This document shows positions 17,624-26,257 of a stretch of DNA of 26,257 nucleotides, in pieces. Within the stretch, counting starts at the first letter, position 1. Each line of letters begins with the position of its first letter. The DNA is from Candidatus Hydrogenedentota bacterium (GTDB lineage: Bacteria > Hydrogenedentota > Hydrogenedentia > Hydrogenedentales > SLHB01), in contig JARKSN010000334.1 of the NCBI GenBank assembly GCA_029974275.1, positions 1 through 26,257 on the forward strand. Reading direction: 5' to 3'. The position numbers were made by a program, and so were the translations under genes. The notes under the pieces are model-generated. The model did no database searches. It was not told the DNA's origin and was given only the letters and a program-made list of their open reading frames with translations.

Positions 17624-20299
17624 ATGCACGAACACTCCGAAAAAAACACCCAAGACCGCGAAGCCGAAACCCGGGAATGGCTGGAATCGCTGGACGCGGC
17701 AATGAACCATTCAGGCCCCGAACGCGTCCAAGAACTGCTGCGATCGCTGCAAGCCCGAGCGCACGCATTAGGCATCCGAATGCCCTTCTCGGCGAATACG
17801 CCCTACATCAACTCCATCCCCGTCGAAACCCAACCCCCCTACCCCGGCAGCCGCGAACTCGAACGCCGCATCAAAAGCATCATCCGCTGGAACGCCATGG
17901 CGATGGTCGTCCGCGCCAACCGCGAAGAACACGGCATCGGAGGCCACATCTCCACCTACGCCTCCGCGGCGACCCTCTACGAAGTCGCCTTCAACCACTT
18001 CTTCAAAGGCCCCGAACACGAACACGGAGCCGACCAAATATACTTCCAAGGACACGCCGCCCCCGGCATCTACGCGCGCGCCTTTCTCGAAGGACGAATC
18101 TCCCGAAAACACATCGAAAACTTCCGCCGCGAACTCCGCGAAAACGGCGGCCTCTCCTCCTATCCACACCCATGGCTCATGCCCAATTTCTGGCAATTCC
18201 CCACCGTCTCCATGGGACTAGGACCCCTCATGGCCATCTACCAAGCCCGCTTCAACCGCTACCTGCTCGACCGAGGCCTCCACGACACCCGCCACCAAAA
18301 AGTCTGGGCCTTCCTCGGCGACGGCGAAACCGACGAACCCGAAGCCCTCGGCGCCATTTCACTCGCCCCACGCGAAAAACTCGACAACCTCATCTTCGTC
18401 ATCAACTGCAACCTGCAACGCCTCGACGGCCCCGTGCGCGGCAACGGAAAAATCATCCAAGAACTAGAAGCCCTCTTTCGCGGAGCCGGCTGGCACGTCA
18501 TCAAAGTCATCTGGGGCGGCGATTGGGACCCCCTGCTCGCCAAAGACACGGACGGAGCGCTCGCAAGACGAATGAGCGAAACCGTGGACGGGCAATACCA
18601 AAAATACGTCGTCGAATCCGGCGCCTACATCCGCCGCCACTTCTTCGGCGGCGACCCGCGCCTCGAAAAACTCGCCAAAGGCCTGACCGACGAACAACTG
18701 CGCCGCCTGCGCCGCGGCGGACACGATCCCGAAAAAGTGTACGCCGCATACCTCGAAGCGGTAAACCACGCCGGAGCCCCCACCGTCATCCTCGCAAAAA
18801 CCATCAAAGGCTACGGACTCGGCGAAGCCGGCGAAGGCCGCAACATCACCCACCAACAAAAAAAACTGAACGAAGACGAACTCAGCGAATTCCGCACCCG
18901 CTTCGGCATCCCCATCTCCGACGAAGACGTCGCGCTGGCCCCATTCTACCGACCGCCCGACGACAGCCCCGAAATGCAATACCTGCAAACGCGCCGCAAA
19001 GAACTCGGCGGCTTCCTGCCAACGCGCCGCCCCGCAAGCGAACCCCTGGCCGCCCCGCCCCGCGCCTTCTTCGAAGAATTCTTCAAAGGAGCCGAAGACC
19101 GCGCCGTTTCCACCACCATGGCGGCCGTCCGCATCATTTCCAAACTGCTGCGCGACCCCGGCCTGGGCCGCCTGATCGTGCCCATCGTGCCCGACGAAGC
19201 CCGCACCTTCGGCATGGAAGCCCTCTTCCGCGAAGTGGGCATCTACGCCCATTCCGGACAACTCTACGAACCCGTCGACAGCGACACCCTGCTCTACTAC
19301 AAAGAAGCCCGCGACGGCCAAATCCTCGAAGAAGGCATCACCGAAGCAGGCGCCATGTCCTCCTTCATCGCCGCCGGCTCCGCCTACAGCACCCACGCCG
19401 TCAACACCATCCCCTTCTTCATCTACTACTCCATGTTCGGCATGCAGCGAATCGGCGACCTCGTCTGGGCCGCAGGCGACATGCGATGCCGCGGATTCCT
19501 GCTGGGAGGCACCGCCGGACGCACCACCCTCGCCGGAGAAGGCCTGCAACACCAAGACGGCCACAGCCACCTGCTCGCCCTCTCCGTGCCAAACCTCCTA
19601 TGCTACGACCCCGCCTTCGCCTTCGAAATCGCCGCCATCATCCGCGACGGCATCCGCCGCATGTACCAAGAACAAGAAAGCATCTTCTACTACCTCACCG
19701 TCGGCAACGAAAACTACCCCATGCCCCCAATGCCCGACGGCGCCGAAGAAGGCATCCTCAAAGGCATGTACCGCTTCAAACCCGCCGAAAACGCCGAAAA
19801 AAAACTGCGCGCACAACTCTTGGGAAGCGGAGCCATCCTCAACGAAGTCCTCAAAGCCCAACACATACTGGCCGACGAATTCGGCGTCGCCGCAGACGTG
19901 TGGAGCGTGACCAGCTACAAAGAACTGCGCCGCGACGCCATGGAAACCGACCGCCACAACCTGCTGCGCCCCGACGAAAAACCCAAAACCCCCTACCTCG
20001 CCCAATGCCTGAACGACACAGAAGGCCCCATCATAGCCGCATCGGATTACATGAAAGAACTGCCCGACACCCTCGCGAGATGGATGCCGCGCCCGCTGAT
20101 CAGCCTCGGCGCCAACGGATTCGGACGCAGCGAATCGCGCGAAGCATTACGCGACTTCTTCGAAGTCGACGCACGCTTCATTGCCTACGCAACCATGACC
20201 GCACTGGCGCGCGACGGCAAAATCAAAAAAGACACGCTCAAAAAAGCACTCAAACAACTCGCCATCAACCCAAACAAGCCCAACCCCATGAACACATGA
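17624..20299 (+). CDS. aceE: Pyruvate dehydrogenase E1 component, homodimeric type
   Basis: Start re-called to ATG 17624 (AGGTG RBS). Motifs ETREWLESL, GGHISTYAS, GLSSYPHPWLMP, ThDP-binding GDGETDEPE...NCNLQRLDGPV, EEGITEAG and GEGLQHQDGHS; 891 aa. Confidence 0.97.
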   Translation: MHEHSEKNTQDREAETREWLESLDAAMNHSGPERVQELLRSLQARAHALGIRMPFSANTPYINSIPVETQPPYPGSRELERRIKSIIRWNAMAMVVRANREEHGIGGHISTYASAATLYEVAFNHFFKGPEHEHGADQIYFQGHAAPGIYARAFLEGRISRKHIENFRRELRENGGLSSYPHPWLMPNFWQFPTVSMGLGPLMAIYQARFNRYLLDRGLHDTRHQKVWAFLGDGETDEPEALGAISLAPREKLDNLIFVINCNLQRLDGPVRGNGKIIQELEALFRGAGWHVIKVIWGGDWDPLLAKDTDGALARRMSETVDGQYQKYVVESGAYIRRHFFGGDPRLEKLAKGLTDEQLRRLRRGGHDPEKVYAAYLEAVNHAGAPTVILAKTIKGYGLGEAGEGRNITHQQKKLNEDELSEFRTRFGIPISDEDVALAPFYRPPDDSPEMQYLQTRRKELGGFLPTRRPASEPLAAPPRAFFEEFFKGAEDRAVSTTMAAVRIISKLLRDPGLGRLIVPIVPDEARTFGMEALFREVGIYAHSGQLYEPVDSDTLLYYKEARDGQILEEGITEAGAMSSFIAAGSAYSTHAVNTIPFFIYYSMFGMQRIGDLVWAAGDMRCRGFLLGGTAGRTTLAGEGLQHQDGHSHLLALSVPNLLCYDPAFAFEIAAIIRDGIRRMYQEQESIFYYLTVGNENYPMPPMPDGAEEGILKGMYRFKPAENAEKKLRAQLLGSGAILNEVLKAQHILADEFGVAADVWSVTSYKELRRDAMETDRHNLLRPDEKPKTPYLAQCLNDTEGPIIAASDYMKELPDTLARWMPRPLISLGANGFGRSESREALRDFFEVDARFIAYATMTALARDGKIKKDTLKKALKQLAINPNKPNPMNT

Positions 20300-21109
20300 T
20301 CACAACCAACACGCCGCGCGCGCCGCAGCGCAATTCGGACAGCCCCACTCACACAAATACCGCTCCGGCGCTTCCCGAAACGCCGCCGCCGCCGCTTCGA
20401 CAAGCGCTTCCATATCGGCAAGCAAGACGCGCGCACGCCCCAACCGCCCCTCCTGAAACACGCCACAGCCCCGAAGCAAACCCTCCATCTTCGGAAACCC
20501 GCGGCTGCACAACGGCGAAACCCCAATCCGAACCTCCGTGACACAACCGTCGCGATACAACAACCCCACAGGCTCAAGCCCAGGAGGACAAACCGATAGA
20601 TACGGAACATCCGCCATCACCTCGGCAAGATGCAGCAACGTGCACGACTCCAGCCCGCAGCCAATCAACAACACCTTGCCCCCGCGACGACGCAACCTGT
20701 CCAAAGGCGAATTCCAGCCCGCCGGCTCGCAACGCTCATGCCCCGCCAACGTCGCGTCAACCCCCGCCCCAATGCCGCACGCCGAATGCGTCGGATGCAA
20801 ACTGCGCACCACGCCAGGCTGCTGACGCATCCACTCCGGAAAAGCGCCAATCAACGGATGACAAGACGCGTCCACACGAAACGGCGGCCGCCCCGATCCC
20901 AACTGACTGTACGTGTGCGTAGGCGCATACAAACTTCCCTCGGGACCCAGAACCGTCAAATACGCACGCAGCAAACCCGGCGTCTCCCCCCGAGAAAGCC
21001 CCATCGCCCGCAACGACGTATGCACAAAAAGAGCATCGCCCACACGAACGCCCATGTCGCGCAACTGCCCCGTCAAACGGTCCGTGGTCCATGCCGCCCT
21101 GCCGAACAT
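20300..21109 (-). CDS. AAC(3)/YokD-family N-acetyltransferase (Antibiotic_NAT-like)
   Basis: Motifs GDALFVHTSLRAMG, PEGSLYAPT, IGAFPEW, RSLHPTHS and GGKVLLIGC...CTLLHLAE; C-terminal LCEWGCPNC. Confidence 0.85.
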   Translation of the reverse strand: MFGRAAWTTDRLTGQLRDMGVRVGDALFVHTSLRAMGLSRGETPGLLRAYLTVLGPEGSLYAPTHTYSQLGSGRPPFRVDASCHPLIGAFPEWMRQQPGVVRSLHPTHSACGIGAGVDATLAGHERCEPAGWNSPLDRLRRRGGKVLLIGCGLESCTLLHLAEVMADVPYLSVCPPGLEPVGLLYRDGCVTEVRIGVSPLCSRGFPKMEGLLRGCGVFQEGRLGRARVLLADMEALVEAAAAAFREAPERYLCEWGCPNCAAARAACWL

Positions 21110-21191
21110 GACAATAACGACTTACCTCTCGTGCGCCCCCAACAGCCCACTGCCGCCTCTTCCCAAAACCCGCCCACGCCCGCGAAAAGAC

Positions 21192-21965
21192 CTACCGGCC
21201 TTCCCCCTCAATCCCAAAAAGACGATTCGCATTCGCCGTCGTCGCCTCCGCCGCCTCCGCCAACGAAACGCCCTTCGCCTCGGCAATCGCCTCGGCGGCA
21301 TAACGCACAAAAACCGGCTCGCACCGCCTGCCCCGCACACGCTGCGGAGCCAAATACGGACAATCCGTCTCAACCAACAACCGATCAACAGGCGTCGCCT
21401 GGGCTGCGGCGCGCAACCCCCCCGCCTTCGGATACGTGACATTCCCGGCAAACGAGACGTAAAACCCCCACCCCACGCACCGCTCGACAAACGCCGCATC
21501 CCCCGCAAAACAATGCATCACGCCCCCCGGAAGACTGCCGCAATACTCATCCAGAATGTCCGCCATATCGGCATGACTGTCACGATTGTGAAGAACGACC
21601 GGAAGGCCCACGCTCACGGCAAGATCCAGCTGCCGGCAAAACGCGCGACGCTGCACCCCAGGATCAACCTCCGCATAATGATAATCAAGCCCCATCTCCC
21701 CCAGCGCAACCACCCCCGGAACCCCGCACAAATCGCGCAAAACGGCAACGGCAGCCTCGTCCACAGACGCCGCATGATACGGATGAACCCCCACCGCCCC
21801 AAACATCCCCGGACGCAACAACGCCGCCGCCTTCCGGCTTGTCTCCACACAATCGCCCACAACCATCATCCACGCAAGCTCCGCCAAAGCCCGCTCGATG
21901 ACCTCATCGCGATCCGCGTCAAAAACCCCATCGTAAACATGCCCATGCGTGTCAACCAAACGCAT
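21192..21965 (-). CDS. tatD: TatD-family metal-dependent DNase
   Basis: Motifs DTHGH, GVHP, GEMGLDY, LHNRD, HCFAG and ETDCPYLAP; the start overlaps the upstream stop (TGATG). Confidence 0.95.
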   Translation of the reverse strand: MRLVDTHGHVYDGVFDADRDEVIERALAELAWMMVVGDCVETSRKAAALLRPGMFGAVGVHPYHAASVDEAAVAVLRDLCGVPGVVALGEMGLDYHYAEVDPGVQRRAFCRQLDLAVSVGLPVVLHNRDSHADMADILDEYCGSLPGGVMHCFAGDAAFVERCVGWGFYVSFAGNVTYPKAGGLRAAAQATPVDRLLVETDCPYLAPQRVRGRRCEPVFVRYAAEAIAEAKGVSLAEAAEATTANANRLFGIEGEGR

Positions 21966-23005
21966 CAGGAAGGCGCCCCATCCTTCCCTGAAGAAGGCCG
22001 CCGCTTTCTCCGACGACGCCTCTTGTGACCCGAACGCTCCTGCGACGAATCCGCTTGCGACGAAGGATCCGACGCGCGCGTCGCCGTCACGGCAGCCTCC
22101 GCCTCGCCATCCTCCACATCATCCAACACGACGATTTCCGCAACCGACGCATTGATATCCACCACGGACGAAAGACGGCGGCCCTCCTCCTCCTCGAGTT
22201 CGGCAATGCCAGCCCCCAACTCCGTGAAAGCCTCAAACGCACGAACCTCTTTCTCCTCGTAATCAGGCCCCTCATCAAACCCGACCGACAACGGCGAAAA
22301 CTCGGGCCCCACGTCCGACAACGCCTCCTCCGCCCGATCCTCCGCAACCGCCTTCGCCTTCTTGCCAGATTGATACTGATCGTTTTCATAACTCAAACAA
22401 CAAAGCAAACGACCGCACTGCCCGCTGATCTTGGTCGGATTCAACGACAAATTCTGGCGCTTGGCCATTTTCATGGAAATAGGCATGAACTCGCGCAGCC
22501 ACGTCGCACAACACAACTCCCGACCGCACAAGCCAATCCCGCCGACAAGCTTCGCCTCATCGCGAACCTGAATATGCCGCAACTCAATCCGAGCCTTGAG
22601 CTCATGCGCCAAATCACGCACCAAATCGCGAAAATCAACCCGCTGATCCGCCGTAAAATAAAAAACCACCTTGTTCCGATCAAACGTGTACTCAACATCA
22701 ACAAGCTTCATCGCCAACTTGCGCGCCCGCATCTTCGACGCACACAAATCGCGCGCCCGCGCCTCGTCCCGCAATATCATGTCAAACGTTTCCGAATCAG
22801 CGTCCGTAAGCTTGCGCAACACCGACATCTTATACCGCCGCTCCGCGCCCGACGGACACGGCTCCGGAGACAAAATGCACGTGGCATACTCCTGCCCCCG
22901 ATCGCTCTTGACGATACAGGCCTCGCCACGCCTGAGAGGAATCTCGCCACACAAAAACGTGAACACGCGCGTAGGCTTTCTCAACCGCGCCTTGACAATA
23001 TTCAT
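21965..23005 (-). CDS. ricT: PSP1-domain protein RicT/YaaT
   Basis: Motifs FYFTADQRVDFRDLVRDLA, RIELRHIQVRDEAK, GGIGLCGRELCC and KISGQCGRLLCCLSYE; sits after holB as is usual. Start is ATG 23005 or GTG 23014. Confidence 0.92.
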   Translation of the reverse strand: MNIVKARLRKPTRVFTFLCGEIPLRRGEACIVKSDRGQEYATCILSPEPCPSGAERRYKMSVLRKLTDADSETFDMILRDEARARDLCASKMRARKLAMKLVDVEYTFDRNKVVFYFTADQRVDFRDLVRDLAHELKARIELRHIQVRDEAKLVGGIGLCGRELCCATWLREFMPISMKMAKRQNLSLNPTKISGQCGRLLCCLSYENDQYQSGKKAKAVAEDRAEEALSDVGPEFSPLSVGFDEGPDYEEKEVRAFEAFTELGAGIAELEEEEGRRLSSVVDINASVAEIVVLDDVEDGEAEAAVTATRASDPSSQADSSQERSGHKRRRRRKRRPSSGKDGAPS

Positions 23006-23047
23006 TCGATACACCGCTCCTGTTTCACAAAACGCCCTCGCGACAGC

Positions 23048-24133
23048 TTACTTCGCCGCAAGAGAAAAGAACAACACCCGGAACACGCGCTCCTCATTGA
23101 TAAAACGATCCAGTTGCTTGAACGCCCGCTCCACAGCCTTGATCTTCTCCTCAGGATCCGACGACGGCCGCTGCAAACAATCCAACTGATCGCGATTCAA
23201 AACGCGCCACGCATCCCCCGTCGCCTGATACACCAACTCGTCGCGATACCACGTCTGAAAAAGATACAAATACTCCAACATATCACGCTTGACCAACGCA
23301 TTCAGATGCCCCAACCGAAGCTCCTTCATCGCCTCGATATCCGCGCGCGACGCCTCGTCCACATGCTCAAACGCCAATTCAGACTCGACCTCCGCCTCAA
23401 AACGCTTGCGCTGATCCCCCAACACGCCCGCAAATTCCTCGGCCAGCTCCGACGGATCCTCGCCGCAGGAAAGACGACGCACAAAATCAATCGCCACAGA
23501 CCGCTTCGGCGAATCAACCAGATCCATCGCCCGCGACATCTGACCTTCCGAAAGATGAGCGATGGCCGCCGCCGTGTCATCCGCGACATCGCGCTCCCGC
23601 TTCAAAAACGCGACAACCGTCTCCGGACGAAGACGACGAAACCGCACCATCTGACAACGCGATCGAATCGTGGGCAACAACATCCGCGGATACTCACTCA
23701 ACAAAAGAAACAACGAATTGCCCGGCGGCTCCTCAAGCGTCTTGAGAAAATGATTCTGCGCCGCAAGATTCATCCGATCGGCGTCCTGAAAAACGACCGC
23801 CCGCCACGAAGACTCAAACGGGCGCAAAGAAGAGTACTCGATAACCTCGTCAACCTGATCCAGCACGATCTGTCGCGACTTGCCCCCAGGCCCAACCGTC
23901 TTCACGTCCGGATGATTGCCGCTCCGAATCTTCCGGCACGAAAGACAACTTTCACAAGCCTCCCCCCCGCCCTGCCGGCAATTCAACGCCTTGATCAACT
24001 CCATAGCCGCAAGACGCTTGCCCACGCCCCCCGGCCCCAAAAACAACATCGCGTTCGGCACACGGCGCCCTCGCGCAACGCCGCTCAACAAACGAATGGC
24101 GACCTCCTGATCAAGAATGTCGCCCAAACTCAC
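23048..24133 (-). CDS. holB: DNA polymerase III subunit delta'
   Basis: GPGGVGK, zinc motif C...CESCLSC, HPDV, AQNHFLKTLEEPP and LLPTIRSRC; the GTG start overlaps the tmk stop. Confidence 0.95.
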   Translation of the reverse strand: MSLGDILDQEVAIRLLSGVARGRRVPNAMLFLGPGGVGKRLAAMELIKALNCRQGGGEACESCLSCRKIRSGNHPDVKTVGPGGKSRQIVLDQVDEVIEYSSLRPFESSWRAVVFQDADRMNLAAQNHFLKTLEEPPGNSLFLLLSEYPRMLLPTIRSRCQMVRFRRLRPETVVAFLKRERDVADDTAAAIAHLSEGQMSRAMDLVDSPKRSVAIDFVRRLSCGEDPSELAEEFAGVLGDQRKRFEAEVESELAFEHVDEASRADIEAMKELRLGHLNALVKRDMLEYLYLFQTWYRDELVYQATGDAWRVLNRDQLDCLQRPSSDPEEKIKAVERAFKQLDRFINEERVFRVLFFSLAAK

Positions 24134-24768
24134 GGACCGCCCCCCCGCGCCGCCAACACGACATCGGCATGCGCCCGGACCTCCGCAAAAACCGCGTCGA
24201 TCGCGCGCCCGGCATCAACCACCTTGACCCGCCCCGGCTCCTCCTCCGCAAGACGCCGAAACTCCGCGCGCACCCGCTCATGAAACGCAACAGACTCCTG
24301 CTCAAGCCGATCCGGAGCCCCCACCCCCTTCGCGCGCTCCAGCCCCTCCGCAACAGGAACATCCAACACAATCGTGAGATCAGGCCACACCCCGCCCACC
24401 GCAAGCGCATTCAACCGAACTATCGTCTCCCGGTCCAACGCCCGGCCCGCACACTGATACGCCACCGTCGAATCCACAAACCGATCGCACAACACAATCG
24501 ATCCCGACTCAATCGCTGGCCCGATTCGTTCCGCCACATGCTGGGCGCGAGCAGCCTCATACAAAAACGCTTCCGCCAACGACGTCATGCCGCGAAAATC
24601 CGGATCAAGCAACACGCCCCGAATCGCCTCGCCGATCGTCGTGCCGCCCGGCTCGCGCGTGACCATCACGACACGGCCCTGATCTTCAAAATGACGCGCC
24701 AACAAACCAATCTGCGTCGACTTGCCGCCTCCCTCGACGCCCTCAAGCGTGATGAATACGCCCCTCAT
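24130..24768 (-). CDS. tmk: Thymidylate kinase
   Basis: Motifs FITLEGVEGGGKSTQ, TREPGGT, CDRFVDSTVAYQ and PDLTIVLD. Confidence 0.97.
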   Translation of the reverse strand: MRGVFITLEGVEGGGKSTQIGLLARHFEDQGRVVMVTREPGGTTIGEAIRGVLLDPDFRGMTSLAEAFLYEAARAQHVAERIGPAIESGSIVLCDRFVDSTVAYQCAGRALDRETIVRLNALAVGGVWPDLTIVLDVPVAEGLERAKGVGAPDRLEQESVAFHERVRAEFRRLAEEEPGRVKVVDAGRAIDAVFAEVRAHADVVLAARGGGP

Positions 24769-25622
24769 TCGCCAATCACCCGCAGGCGCGCACGCCGCGC
24801 AGCCTCAAAAAACGCCTCCAGCGACGCATCCGAACCCGAACCCACCCACGCGCACACCTCGTCAAGACGCCGAGACAACGCATCCAGACCCGATACAATG
24901 GATTCCCGGTTGGTAAGACAAATGTCGCGCCACAACTCCGGACGGCCCTCGGCAATGCGCGTGACATCGCGAAAACCCTTCCCCGCAACAACGCGAACAT
25001 CGCCCGCCGCATCCGCCAATTCCGCCAAACACGCCGCCACAATATGCGGAATATGACTCGTCCGCGCGACCAACGCATCGTGCCGCTGCGGCTCCATCAC
25101 CGCAATGCGCGACCCAACACACTCCCACAACCGACGAACCGTCGCGTACGCATCCTGCGCAACGCCCTCGCTCGGCTCCATAATGACCACCGAGCCCGCA
25201 TACAACCCGGCATCGCCATACTCCGCGCCAAACTTCTCAGAACCCGCCATGGGATGGCTGCCCACAAAACGACGCGGCGCCGGCCACGTCGCAACGGCAT
25301 GCGCGCAAATGCGCCCCTTCGTGCTCGCAACATCGGTGACAACGGCATCCGGAGCGCAGACAGGACGAATCTCATCAAGCTTCGCCGCAACCATATTCGC
25401 CGGCGTGCAAATCACAATCAGATCGGCGCCCGCGCAAGCAGCACGCGCATCAAGCGATACCTCGTCCGCCGCGCCAACCGCCAACGCCGCATCCAGACTG
25501 GACTGACGATGCCCCACGCCCCGCACACGCCCCGCCAGCCCCCGCGTCCGCAACGCCAAGCCCAAAGAAGCGCCCAACAAGCCCGCGCCAATGATCGTCA
25601 CTGTGCCAAACGACTGCCCCAC
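24765..25622 (-). CDS. tyrA: Prephenate/arogenate dehydrogenase
   Basis: Motifs IIGAGLLGASL, TDVASTK, GSHPMAGSE, HDALVARTSHIPH and GFRDVTRIA; GTG start with GGGAGG RBS. Confidence 0.94.
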   Translation of the reverse strand: MGQSFGTVTIIGAGLLGASLGLALRTRGLAGRVRGVGHRQSSLDAALAVGAADEVSLDARAACAGADLIVICTPANMVAAKLDEIRPVCAPDAVVTDVASTKGRICAHAVATWPAPRRFVGSHPMAGSEKFGAEYGDAGLYAGSVVIMEPSEGVAQDAYATVRRLWECVGSRIAVMEPQRHDALVARTSHIPHIVAACLAELADAAGDVRVVAGKGFRDVTRIAEGRPELWRDICLTNRESIVSGLDALSRRLDEVCAWVGSGSDASLEAFFEAARRARLRVIGE

Positions 25623-25756
25623 GCGGCCTCCCTGGCAATAAAACGCTCACATAAGGCCCATACACAACCAAGCCACCCAAACAACCAGCAACCACCCGCC
25701 CGCGCAGCCCCGCTGAACATCGGATCGCACGCCAACCCTACAACCAAAACCTATTC

Positions 25757-26257
25757 CTAAGACCCCATTTCCCCAGCCGCCGCAATGGCCTCAGGCAACG
25801 TGAACGCACGCAAATACAACGCCCGCCCAATGATCGCCTCGTCCACGCCCTCCGGCTCCAAAACACGCACCCGCCGGATATCGTCCAGACAAGACATGCC
25901 GCCAGAAACCGTCACCGGAATAGACACCGCCCGGGCGACCGCCCGAGTCGCCTCAAGATTGGGACCGCGCATCATCCCATCGCTCAAAATATCGGTGTAT
26001 ACAATGCGCGCCGCCCCGGCCTGCTCCACCTCGCGCGCAAAATCTATCGCGCAAGTCTGAGTGTCCTCAAGCCACGCATGAAGCGAAACCCTGCCATCGC
26101 GCGCGTCAATCCCCACCACAATCCTGCCGGGAAAACGCCGCGCCGCCTCCCTCAAAAAACCGGGATCCGCATGCGCGGCCGTGCCAAGAATGACGCGGGC
26201 CGCCCCCGCCTCCACGACCGACTCCACCGCCGCCATATCCCGAATGCCGCCGCCCAC
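25757..26257 (-). CDS. hisA: ProFAR isomerase HisA (5' end outside window)
   Basis: Motifs GGGIRD, RVILGTAA, VGIDARDG, YTDILSDGMMRGPN, SGG and IGRALY. Confidence 0.94.
   Translation of the reverse strand: MGGGIRDMAAVESVVEAGAARVILGTAAHADPGFLREAARRFPGRIVVGIDARDGRVSLHAWLEDTQTCAIDFAREVEQAGAARIVYTDILSDGMMRGPNLEATRAVARAVSIPVTVSGGMSCLDDIRRVRVLEPEGVDEAIIGRALYLRAFTLPEAIAAAGEMGS

Noticed and set aside
17458..20541. 1027-aa alternative-frame ORF overlapping aceE, and 7944-9461 overlapping htrA
   Set aside because: Out-of-frame, Arg/Pro-rich by-products of C/A-ending codon usage, with no recognisable domain.

Overview
Gene-dense, GC-rich bacterial chromosomal window with about 21 real genes. I saw no rRNA, tRNA, CRISPR array, transposase or phage genes. 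From left to right on the minus strand: a type II secretion/pseudopilus operon (gspE-F-G-H-I-J; gspJ is absent from the ORF track, was translated by hand and runs off the left edge), an ECF sigma factor with a membrane anti-sigma carrying a TPR-like domain, and a GT2 glycosyltransferase. Divergent on the plus strand: an HtrA protease and a 749-aa secreted multidomain protein with a long leader. Then, on the minus strand, a BNR/Asp-box protein, truB, ribF, an epimerase and a GT2; a stand-alone aceE on the plus strand; and hisA(partial)-tyrA-tmk-holB-ricT-tatD-AAC(3)-like on the minus strand. The most notable observations are: (1) very strong C+A enrichment of the + strand whatever the gene direction, which explains most of the long spurious ORFs; (2) a GT2 that, from my recollection of the human sequence, resembles the queuosine-tRNA galactosyltransferase B3GNTL1/QTGAL along its whole length; (3) the compositionally distinct secreted protein with an unassigned C-terminal domain, its own promoter and a structured ~255-nt leader; (4) a probable autoregulated ECF/anti-sigma module next to the T2SS and HtrA. 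All family calls come from motif recognition by eye; no searches were run.
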